Assembly (NCBI GenBank): GCA_022646745.1
Contig: CP060262.1
Coordinates: 420,001 to 452,000 of the forward strand
Length of the DNA stretch: 32,000 nucleotides
Direction of reading: 5' to 3'
Origin: Planctomycetales bacterium
Lineage (GTDB): Bacteria; 4484-113; JAFGCY01
The position numbers and the translations under genes are program-made. Below the pieces are notes generated by a model. That model had not been told where the DNA came from, did no database searches, and saw only the letters and a list, made by a program, of their open reading frames with translations. This document shows, one piece after another, positions 15,758 through 22,311 of the stretch. Each line of letters starts with the position of its first letter. The first letter of the stretch is position 1.

Positions 15758-16384
15758 TCAGCTTCGCGCTCCCAGTATTCCCTTAACCCTTTCGATCTCC
15801 GCTTCCAGTTCGCGGGCCAGGGTGAAGCGCGGGTTGGATTCGAGGAAGTTCTCCAGCAGGGCCAGGTGCTCGTCGTCAATTTCCGCCGGCGGGCTGGCCA
15901 GTGCGCTGCGCACCTGCTCCTCCTCAACGGCAGTTGCGATCGCAGCCAGCTCACTCTGGATCTCCTGCCGGCAATCCGGGTCCTTTACGTAGATCATCAG
16001 CTTCATCAGCTGCTGGCGGTAGCCGCGCAGGTTCTGCGCCGGTCGCCTTGCCATCAGCACGCGGGCCTGCTCCACATGGTTCTCGGACACTTCACTGAAG
16101 TACTGCCGCTGCTCGGCATTGTGCAGCTCGAAGTACCTTGACCTGAGCAGGTTGACAATCCCCTGCTGGCGCAGGTCCTTGGCCTCCCACTTGCCACCGC
16201 CTTCCACAGCGATGTAGCCGATGCGCTGCTGCTGCATGTACACGAGCACTTCGCGGGCAGAGCCGAACTGCATGGCCTCGATCCGGGCGGCATCCGGGCC
16301 ATTGCCGCGCCTGCTGCGAGCGAAGATGAAGTAGCCACAGGCGGCCAGGCCGACGGCAATCGGGATGTAGAGGAATGGCGGCAT
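15758..16384 (-). CDS. Hypothetical N-terminally membrane-anchored protein (208 aa)
   Basis: Track ORF with ATG start and one N-terminal TM helix (PPFLYIPIAVGLAACGYFIF) followed by a helical soluble part. No family recognised. Confidence 0.6.
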   Translation of the reverse strand: MPPFLYIPIAVGLAACGYFIFARSRRGNGPDAARIEAMQFGSAREVLVYMQQQRIGYIAVEGGGKWEAKDLRQQGIVNLLRSRYFELHNAEQRQYFSEVSENHVEQARVLMARRPAQNLRGYRQQLMKLMIYVKDPDCRQEIQSELAAIATAVEEEQVRSALASPPAEIDDEHLALLENFLESNPRFTLARELEAEIERVKGILGARS

Positions 16385-16393
16385 CGGACATTG

Positions 16394-16399
16394 ATTCTA
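16394..16399 (-). promoter_or_regulatory. -10-like TAGAAT (minus strand), 9 nt upstream of ATG 16384
   Basis: The minus strand reads GCTAGAAT CAATGTCCG ATG. There is no Shine-Dalgarno sequence. Confidence 0.3.
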
Positions 16400-16474
16400 G
16401 CGATTCCACGGGCATCGCAGACATTCCCGGCTGGATCGAGTTGTCTCAGTTTGGTTTCATTTTGCTGATATTAC

Positions 16475-16488
16475 GTGAATGAATTCAC
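16475..16488. promoter_or_regulatory. CRP/FNR-type palindrome GTGA-N6-TCAC upstream of the cytochrome operon
   Basis: cGTGAATGAATTCACa is a perfect 6+6 inverted repeat (GTGAAT/ATTCAC). It resembles TGTGA-N6-TCACA and lies 66-79 nt upstream of ATG 16554. A TATGGT -10 candidate sits about 30 nt downstream of the dyad centre. Confidence 0.35.
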
Positions 16489-16553
16489 ATTTTAGGTAAT
16501 AGTCTGCATGCTATGGTTCGCGGTCCACGGATTGGGACCGACGGAGATGCACA

Positions 16554-17999
16554 ATGAGTTATCCCTGGTGGCACGTGCCATTCCTGACGGCACCGATGCT
16601 GATCGCCCTGATCGCCACGGTGCATGTGCTGGTGTCGCACTATGCAGTCGGCGGCGGGCTGTTCCTCGCGGTGGAGACAAGCCACGCATACAAGCACAAC
16701 GACGAGGGTTACCTCGCCTACCTCAAGCAGCATGCCTGGTTCTTCGTGCTGCTGACGGTGGTGTTCGGGGCGATCACCGGAGTCGGGATCTGGTGGATCA
16801 TCGGCCTCGCAAGCCCCTTGGCCACCCACTTCCTGATCCAGACATTCGTATTCGGCTGGGCCACGGAATGGGTGTTTTTCGTGATTGAACTCGCGGCTGG
16901 CTTCGCCTTCTATTACTTCTGGGGCAAGCTGGACCGCAGGACGCATGTGGCAATGGGCTGGATCTACGCTGCCGCCGCCTGGATCAGCCTGGTGCTGATT
17001 ACGGGGATCACGGCCTTCATGCTGGACCCCGGCCAGTGGCCCGAAACGCACAACTTCTGGCACGGCTTCTTCAACCCGCAGTTCCTGCCGCAGGTGCTGG
17101 CCCGCACGGGAGCAGCATTCCTGCTGGCATCGATGTATGTCTACTTCCATGCCTCCTTCAAGTGCCAGGACACCGACCTGCTGCGCTACATCGAGAGGCG
17201 CAGCAGCCGCCCGGCGATGCTCGGCAGCGCTCTCGTTGCCAGCGGCGGGCTGTGGTGGTACCTGCTGCTGCCGGCCAGCAGCAAGGCCGCCCTGCAGGGC
17301 GCGGCGGTGATCAACGTGCTGATGGTGATCATGTTCACGCTGACCATCGTGGTATTCGCGCTGCTGTACATCGGCCCCTACCGCAACCCCGGCTGGCTCA
17401 GCCCGGGCTTCGCGATCATGTTCCTCGGCTTCGGGCTGGCGGCAACCGCCACCGGCGAGTACATCCGCGAGGCGGTGCGCAAGCCCTACATCGTCTACAA
17501 CCTGGTGCTTGGCAACCAGGTGCTGGCGGAGAAGGTGCCGCTGCTGCGTGAGAATGGCTTCATCGAGGGCACGCGCTGGCCCTCGGCCTGGCTGGCGGCC
17601 CGGCACCCGCAGCTCGTCACCACGCATCCCGATGGCAGCCTGACGGTTGACGAGCAGGGCATGCTGGCGCTGCCGAAGTATGACCGGGTGGAGATCGGCG
17701 AGGTGCTGTTCATGTACCACTGCAACGACTGCCACGCGGAGCGCAGCGGTGTCAACGCGATGGAGCACCTGCTGACCGGCTGGAGCCGCGAAATGGTGGC
17801 GACCTCCGTGCGGCACCCGGAGAAGCTGAAGTACTTCATGCCGCCCTGGAGCGGCACTGACGCCGAGGCGGAGATCCTGACGGACTACCTGATGGACATG
17901 CGCCCGGAGATGCCGGAGGGCATGTTCTTCGGCGGGCGGCATGACAGCCTGTCCGACGTGCAGGCGATGATTGGCAACACTGTGGAGGAGGCAAGATGA
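16554..17999 (+). CDS. Cytochrome bd-family subunit I (CydA)-like membrane protein fused to a C-terminal mono-heme cytochrome c domain
   Basis: GGAG lies upstream of the ATG. The first ~130 aa (IATVHVLVSHYAVGGGLFLA...FGAITGVGIWWIIGL...FGWATEWVFFVIELAAGFAFYYFWGKL) are colinear with the CydA helices I-III pattern. The C-terminal soluble domain carries CNDCH (a CxxCH heme c site). Confidence 0.55.
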   Translation: MSYPWWHVPFLTAPMLIALIATVHVLVSHYAVGGGLFLAVETSHAYKHNDEGYLAYLKQHAWFFVLLTVVFGAITGVGIWWIIGLASPLATHFLIQTFVFGWATEWVFFVIELAAGFAFYYFWGKLDRRTHVAMGWIYAAAAWISLVLITGITAFMLDPGQWPETHNFWHGFFNPQFLPQVLARTGAAFLLASMYVYFHASFKCQDTDLLRYIERRSSRPAMLGSALVASGGLWWYLLLPASSKAALQGAAVINVLMVIMFTLTIVVFALLYIGPYRNPGWLSPGFAIMFLGFGLAATATGEYIREAVRKPYIVYNLVLGNQVLAEKVPLLRENGFIEGTRWPSAWLAARHPQLVTTHPDGSLTVDEQGMLALPKYDRVEIGEVLFMYHCNDCHAERSGVNAMEHLLTGWSREMVATSVRHPEKLKYFMPPWSGTDAEAEILTDYLMDMRPEMPEGMFFGGRHDSLSDVQAMIGNTVEEAR

Positions 18000-19132
18000 T
18001 GGATCCCAACGGCCTGATTGCCCCTGTCAACGAACTGGGCTACCCCGCCCCGTTCTGGTTCCTGATCTTCTTCCGCGTGCTCGGGTTCACGCTGCACCTG
18101 CTGCCGATGAACCTGTGGTACGCCGGCACGATCACCGCGATGCTGCTCGGCCTGTCCCGCATCCCCGAGGCCCGGCGCTTCAGCGCGCGGCTGATGTCTC
18201 AGATGCCCTTCATCATCGCCTTCGGTGTCAACCTCGGCATCGTGCCGCTGCTGTTCCTGCAGGTGATGGGCTACCGTGTGTTCTACAGCGCCACGATCCT
18301 GATGGCCTGGCAGTGGCTTGCGGTGATCGCGCTCCTGTGCCTGGCCTACTACGGCGTGTACATCTACGCTGTTGGGCTGCGCACGGCGAAGCAGGGCCAG
18401 CTGAAAGCCTGGCAACGCGCCAGCGGCTGGGCCAGTGCGCTGCTGTTCATCCTGATTGCAGTGATCTTCCACAGTGCGATGAGCACGATGGCCGATCCTG
18501 GCAGCTGGCCGGCGATCGCTGAGCAGACCGGCCGGGCCGCCGCCGTGTACGGCACGGCGCACAGCCTGGCGGACCCGCACATGTGGGTGCGCATGCTGTT
18601 CTTCTTCGGCCTGGCGCTGACAACGACCGCGGCATACGTTTCATTTGACGGAGCGATGCTGGCCGGGCATGAAACTGACGACTACCGCAAGTGGACCCGT
18701 GGTTTCGCGCCGCAGCTCTACACGGCAGCGCTTGTTGTCTACGGCATCGGCGGGCTGCTGTACGCCAACAGCTGGGATGCCGGACTGCGGGACTACATGA
18801 CGGCCGGGAGCGCCCTGCCCTTCGCCGCGCTGGCGGCAATCGGCCCGGCGATCCCGCTGGGGCTGCTATGGCTTGGACGCAATGCCGCGAAGGCCGGCCT
18901 GTGGGTGATCATCGCGCAGTTCCTCGTGCTGGGCCTGCATGCGATCGCACGGCAGCTGGCGCAGAACTTCCGCCTGGCACCCTACCTTGACATCGCCGCC
19001 GACCCGGTGAAGATGCAGGTCGGTCCGCTCGTGATGTTCCTTGTGAGCTTCGTGCTGGGACTGGGCGTGCTGGGCTGGATCATCGCAAAGTTGGTGCAGG
19101 CCAACAGGAAGGCAGTAGTGAGTGGGCAGTAG
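17996..19132 (+). CDS. Polytopic membrane partner subunit (378 aa), translationally coupled
   Basis: Its start overlaps the upstream stop (ATGATG; ATG 17996, TGA 17997-17999). It has about 8-9 hydrophobic helices. The last codons and the TAG stop are encoded by CAGTAG-type repeat units. Confidence 0.75.
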   Translation: MMDPNGLIAPVNELGYPAPFWFLIFFRVLGFTLHLLPMNLWYAGTITAMLLGLSRIPEARRFSARLMSQMPFIIAFGVNLGIVPLLFLQVMGYRVFYSATILMAWQWLAVIALLCLAYYGVYIYAVGLRTAKQGQLKAWQRASGWASALLFILIAVIFHSAMSTMADPGSWPAIAEQTGRAAAVYGTAHSLADPHMWVRMLFFFGLALTTTAAYVSFDGAMLAGHETDDYRKWTRGFAPQLYTAALVVYGIGGLLYANSWDAGLRDYMTAGSALPFAALAAIGPAIPLGLLWLGRNAAKAGLWVIIAQFLVLGLHAIARQLAQNFRLAPYLDIAADPVKMQVGPLVMFLVSFVLGLGVLGWIIAKLVQANRKAVVSGQ

Positions 19133-19318
19133 GCAGAATCAGAATGAGAATCAGAATGAGAAACAGGGTGAGAATCAGGGTGAGAAGCAGAATGAGAATG
19201 AGAATGAGGTGTTCAGACTGCCAGCTGACAACCACCTTCTGCTGCTTCTGTTTCTAATTCTGCAAACTAAAACCGGTTCGGCACTGACCACCGACCACTG
19301 ACTACTCACCACTGCATC
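19111..19318. repeat. Long imperfect palindrome built from heptamer and hexamer arrays
   Basis: Left arm: GGCAGTAGTGAGTGGGCAGTAGG followed by about 13 hexamers (CAGAAT/GAGAAT/CAGGGT/GAGAAG). Centre: TGTTCAGACTGCCAGCTGACAACCACC. Right arm: TTCTGCTGCTTCTGTTTCTAATTCTG ... CACTGACCACCGACCACTGACTACTCACCACTG, the inverted counterparts of the left-arm units. Confidence 0.8.
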
Positions 19319-19377
19319 TGTGCTAATCTGGAATGACAGCCGAAGCGAGCCGGCGACATACCAGCAGGAGCACAGAC

Positions 19378-19827
19378 ATGTTCAAGGAATTCCGTGAATT
19401 CGCCATGAAAGGCAACGTGATCGACATGGCGATCGGCATCGTGATCGGCGGGGTGTTTACCCCGATCGTGCAGTCCCTGGTCAACGACCTGATCATGCCG
19501 CCGCTCGGCCTGCTGACCGGCGGGATCAGCTTCGCCGACAAGTTCATCCTGCTGAAGCCCGGCGCGGACGGGGCAGCCAGCTATGCCACACTTGCGGCGG
19601 CGCAGGAAGCCGGCGCGGTGACGATCAACTACGGCTCCTTCATCAATGTGATCATCACCTTCCTGCTGGTGGCCTGGGCGGTGTTCATGGTCGTCAAGGT
19701 GATGAACCGCCTCAAGCGCGAGGATGAGGCCCCGGCGGCCGAACCGACCACCAAGTCCTGCCCGCAATGCGCGATGGAGATCCCGATCGCGGCGAAGCGC
19801 TGCGGCCACTGCACGAGCGAGGTGTGA
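19378..19827 (+). CDS. mscL: Large-conductance mechanosensitive channel MscL with a C-terminal four-Cys zinc ribbon
   Basis: Track ORF trimmed to ATG 19378 (AGGAG 7 nt upstream). [44 protein letters not shown] is the canonical MscL N-terminus and TM1. The C-terminus reads [18 protein letters not shown]. Confidence 0.9.
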   Translation: MFKEFREFAMKGNVIDMAIGIVIGGVFTPIVQSLVNDLIMPPLGLLTGGISFADKFILLKPGADGAASYATLAAAQEAGAVTINYGSFINVIITFLLVAWAVFMVVKVMNRLKREDEAPAAEPTTKSCPQCAMEIPIAAKRCGHCTSEV

Positions 19828-19836
19828 GGAACAGTT

Positions 19837-19868
19837 GTCAGTAGGCAGTGGGCAGTAGGCAGGCAGGC
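19837..19868. repeat. Heptamer array filling the mscL-to-next-gene spacer
   Basis: GTCAGTAGG CAGTGGG CAGTAGG CAGG CAGG C, directly abutting ATG 19869. Confidence 0.7.
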
Positions 19869-20633
19869 ATGAACATCTGGGGACAGCAGGAAAGCACGGA
19901 AGGGATCGACATTCCGGCACCGGACGGGGTCCGGCGCGACGAGTTCCTGTTTCGGCCATCCAACCGCCTGTATCCATCTCCTGACTCCCCGATGGAACCG
20001 CTGCTGCTGCAGTGGGAAATCGATGTTGCCAGGCTGGATGCGATTGCCAATCCAGCGCTGCGCAGCTACGCGGCTGAGCAGCTGCGGATCGTGAGCGCCT
20101 ATGCCATGGCATCGCGCAACAGCGGGCCGCTGCTCGTGGTCGGCCTGCTTGCCCTGCTGGGCCTGCCGCTGCTGCTGAGCCTGGCCTATTCCGGCTACGG
20201 AACGGGGGTGACCGTGGTGGCTGTCATGACAATTGTGCTGATAGTGGCTGGCTTCATCCAGCTGGCCCGGGAGGATGACCTGCTGAAGGTCATCCCGAGC
20301 AATGCCCGGACCCGCCAGCGCTTCGCCGACCGGCTGGTGCACTGCCTGCTTGACAACTCACCATCCGGCCAGCAGCCTGTTGCCCTGCTGTCAGCGCAGC
20401 TGCAGCAGCGGCCGGACAGGAATGTCGTGGCAGCGCTTGAGGCGTTCCGGCTGGCCTGCGTCAGCGACCCGCTGATGTACATCGGCAACCCCGTGCCGCA
20501 GCTCGGCTTCGGCTCACAGTCCGGCAACCATGAGATCGCGCTCAGCCGGCTGGCGGTGCTGCAGTTCCTCAGTGCGTTGACGGTGGAAGGGGAATACCGG
20601 GCCGGGGACGGGAATCCAGCGATGCCTGAATGA
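19869..20633 (+). CDS. Hypothetical two-TM membrane protein, possible distant member of the paralog family (254 aa)
   Basis: Track ORF trimmed to ATG 19869. It has a polar N-tail, a hydrophobic hairpin (GPLLVVGLLALLGLPLLLSLAY / GVTVVAVMTIVLIVAGFIQL) and a soluble tail whose RQRFADRLVHCLLDNSP weakly recalls the NLLDRGLL block. Confidence 0.6.
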   Translation: MNIWGQQESTEGIDIPAPDGVRRDEFLFRPSNRLYPSPDSPMEPLLLQWEIDVARLDAIANPALRSYAAEQLRIVSAYAMASRNSGPLLVVGLLALLGLPLLLSLAYSGYGTGVTVVAVMTIVLIVAGFIQLAREDDLLKVIPSNARTRQRFADRLVHCLLDNSPSGQQPVALLSAQLQQRPDRNVVAALEAFRLACVSDPLMYIGNPVPQLGFGSQSGNHEIALSRLAVLQFLSALTVEGEYRAGDGNPAMPE

Positions 20634-20687
20634 TGGAGGCAGGGCAGTAGCCATGCATTTGTTGCCAGCAGGAAGGGAGAGGCGGCT

Positions 20688-20778
20688 GAAGTCACTCAGT
20701 CACTCAGTCAAAAAGTCAATTGACATCCATTGAATTGTTGCGGATTGACTAATTGACTTCGTGACTAGGTGACTTGAT
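20688..20778. repeat. Octamer-armed palindromic element
   Basis: GAAGTCACTCAGTCACTCAGTCAAAAAGTCAATTGAC faces GATTGACTAATTGACTTCGTGACTAGGTGACTTGA, an imperfect inverted copy. It contains the perfect 10-bp palindrome GTCAATTGAC (20715-20724). Confidence 0.75.
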
Positions 20779-20789
20779 TCGTGCAAGTT

Positions 20790-20807
20790 GCCAGACTTTC
20801 GTCTGGC
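20790..20807. other. Stem-loop GCCAGAC-TTTC-GTCTGGC, 19 nt beyond the stop of the minus-strand gene
   Basis: Perfect 7-bp stem with a 4-nt loop and no U-tract on either strand. Only a possible terminator. Confidence 0.3.
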
Positions 20808-20825
20808 CTCCAGGCAGCAGCTCCC

Positions 20826-21476
20826 TCAGTTCATCCGTCCGAGCTTCTTCAGGTGGCGGCGGTAGTCGCTGCGCAGTTCGTAGAGGATGCGCTCCACCTC
20901 CTGCACAATGCCGTCCGGCCACTGCTGCCCGCTGATCCCGGCGTAGTCGTACTCGCTGCCCAGTTCCTGCACCACGATGCGCGTGGCATCCCAGTCGGCG
21001 GCATGCCCGAGGAAGCTGCGCAGGTAGTCCGGGAAGCGCTCCTCAGCGATCAGGTGCCGCTTGGAACGCAGCAGCAGGTTGATCAGGCGGTTGATGCGCG
21101 AGAAGTAGTCGCGGTCGAAGCGCGCCGCGATGCGTTCGATGCGGGCCTCGATCTCGTGCGGGTCATCGCCCCTGGCAGCGCCCTCCGCACGGATGCGCTG
21201 GGTGATTGCGCGCAGGATTTCGTAGTAGGTGTTGGTTTCGTGGAGGTAGCCCACAAGCGGGCCGTAGAGCTGGCTGATCTGCTCCTGCAGGAAGCGCACC
21301 CGGGAGTCATGGCGGGCGGCGTTGTGGTCACTGCGGTTGGACAGCCAGGTCCGAAGCAGCAGTGCGGTGAGGTAGAAGATACCGCCGGCGGCGGCACCGA
21401 TGATGGCGGACTGTAGTTCAACACTGATTACGAAGGCAGGCTCCAGCCCCGGGTTGGGGAGCAGGAAGTATAGCAA
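20826..21476 (-). CDS. Hypothetical single-TM protein (about 216 aa, start uncertain)
   Basis: The track ORF 20826..21641 would read through the G-rich repeat and overlap the divergent gene. I trimmed it to in-frame TTG 21476. There is no in-frame ATG and no SD. It has one TM helix (AIIGAAAGGIFYLTALLL) and then a helical soluble domain. No family recognised. Confidence 0.5.
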   Translation of the reverse strand: MLYFLLPNPGLEPAFVISVELQSAIIGAAAGGIFYLTALLLRTWLSNRSDHNAARHDSRVRFLQEQISQLYGPLVGYLHETNTYYEILRAITQRIRAEGAARGDDPHEIEARIERIAARFDRDYFSRINRLINLLLRSKRHLIAEERFPDYLRSFLGHAADWDATRIVVQELGSEYDYAGISGQQWPDGIVQEVERILYELRSDYRRHLKKLGRMN

Positions 21477-21478
21477 AG

Positions 21479-21551
21479 GAGGGATGCGGGATGCGGGATG
21501 GGGTATGCGGAAGTGGTTGGAGTTTGGAGTGGGGAGGTTGGAGTGGGGAGC
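21479..21551. repeat. G-rich tandem repeats in the divergent promoter region
   Basis: GGGATGC GGGATGC GGGATGG GGTATGC followed by GGAGTTTGGAGTGGGGAGGTTGGAGTGGGGAG. Positions 21481-21503 fit G3+N1-7 x4. Confidence 0.8.
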
Positions 21552-21600
21552 AGATAGCCTGCACAAACAGGCAAGCTGATTTGTTGTCTTGAGGAATAAT

Positions 21601-22311
21601 GTGTTTGTGAATGAACCTGCAAACCTAGCCGGGACAGGCACTGGAATTCAAGGAGAAGCACGTACGAAAGCAGTACGTTATCTGAAAGGCGTCATCAGGT
21701 ATTCCCGCTTTGGCCTGGTTTGCAATCGCTATGTATTGCCACTTCTGTGCCTGCCCCTGCTGTTTTCTCCCCTCTACAACTTTGGCACCCTCGGATGGCT
21801 GTCCATTTTCAACTCAGCATTGGCAATCTACATGCTGCTTGTGCTGATCCTTCCCGAATTCAGACGAAACATTGTTCCGGCAACTGAACTGGCTGAAATC
21901 CGGCGGCTGGCGCGGGTCAACCTGCTGGACCATGGACTGCTGCTGAAGGCTATGGCGGCGGACTGTGCCTACGACATGCATGCACCGGGATCGATCTTCA
22001 ATCCCGCTGGCCAGCAAGTCCCTGAGCGCTACCGCCTGCGTAATATCCAGGCGCGGATGCGTGCCCTGATGGACCACTACGCCATGGCCTGTGAAAGCCA
22101 CGGCTGGCCATGGAAGGCCGGGCAGGATGATAGTGAGCAGATGCGGGAGAACATGAACGTCGAAGGCATGGAGCTGAAGACCCTGTCCGACCTCGGTTCG
22201 GTCATGGCAATGGGCAAGTACCTGGCTTCTTCAATGCATGTCAAGTCGCCGGAGCGCCTGGCAATCCTCGAATCCCTGCTGGCAGTGCTGGAGGAACAGG
22301 AGGATGGATGA
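21601..22311 (+). CDS. Paralog-family member P1 (two-TM hairpin plus conserved soluble module)
   Basis: Track ORF 21589..22311. GTG 21601 lies 5 nt after GAGGA; TTG 21589 and GTG 21607 are alternative starts. Motifs: ARVNLLDHGLLLKAM, RMRALMDHYAMACESHGWPW, LESLLAVLEEQ. Confidence 0.75.
   Translation: MFVNEPANLAGTGTGIQGEARTKAVRYLKGVIRYSRFGLVCNRYVLPLLCLPLLFSPLYNFGTLGWLSIFNSALAIYMLLVLILPEFRRNIVPATELAEIRRLARVNLLDHGLLLKAMAADCAYDMHAPGSIFNPAGQQVPERYRLRNIQARMRALMDHYAMACESHGWPWKAGQDDSEQMRENMNVEGMELKTLSDLGSVMAMGKYLASSMHVKSPERLAILESLLAVLEEQEDG

Noticed and set aside
11236-20342. Long shadow ORFs 11236..11754(-), 11679..12449(-), 13304..14146, 14079..14858(-), 14818..15954(-), 16485..17942(-), 17885..18580(-), 19306..20112(-) and 19629..20342(-)
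   Set aside because: They are antisense to recognisable genes: flotillin, the nucleotidyltransferase, the ModA-like gene, the CydA-like gene and mscL. Stop-codon depletion in high-GC DNA explains their length.
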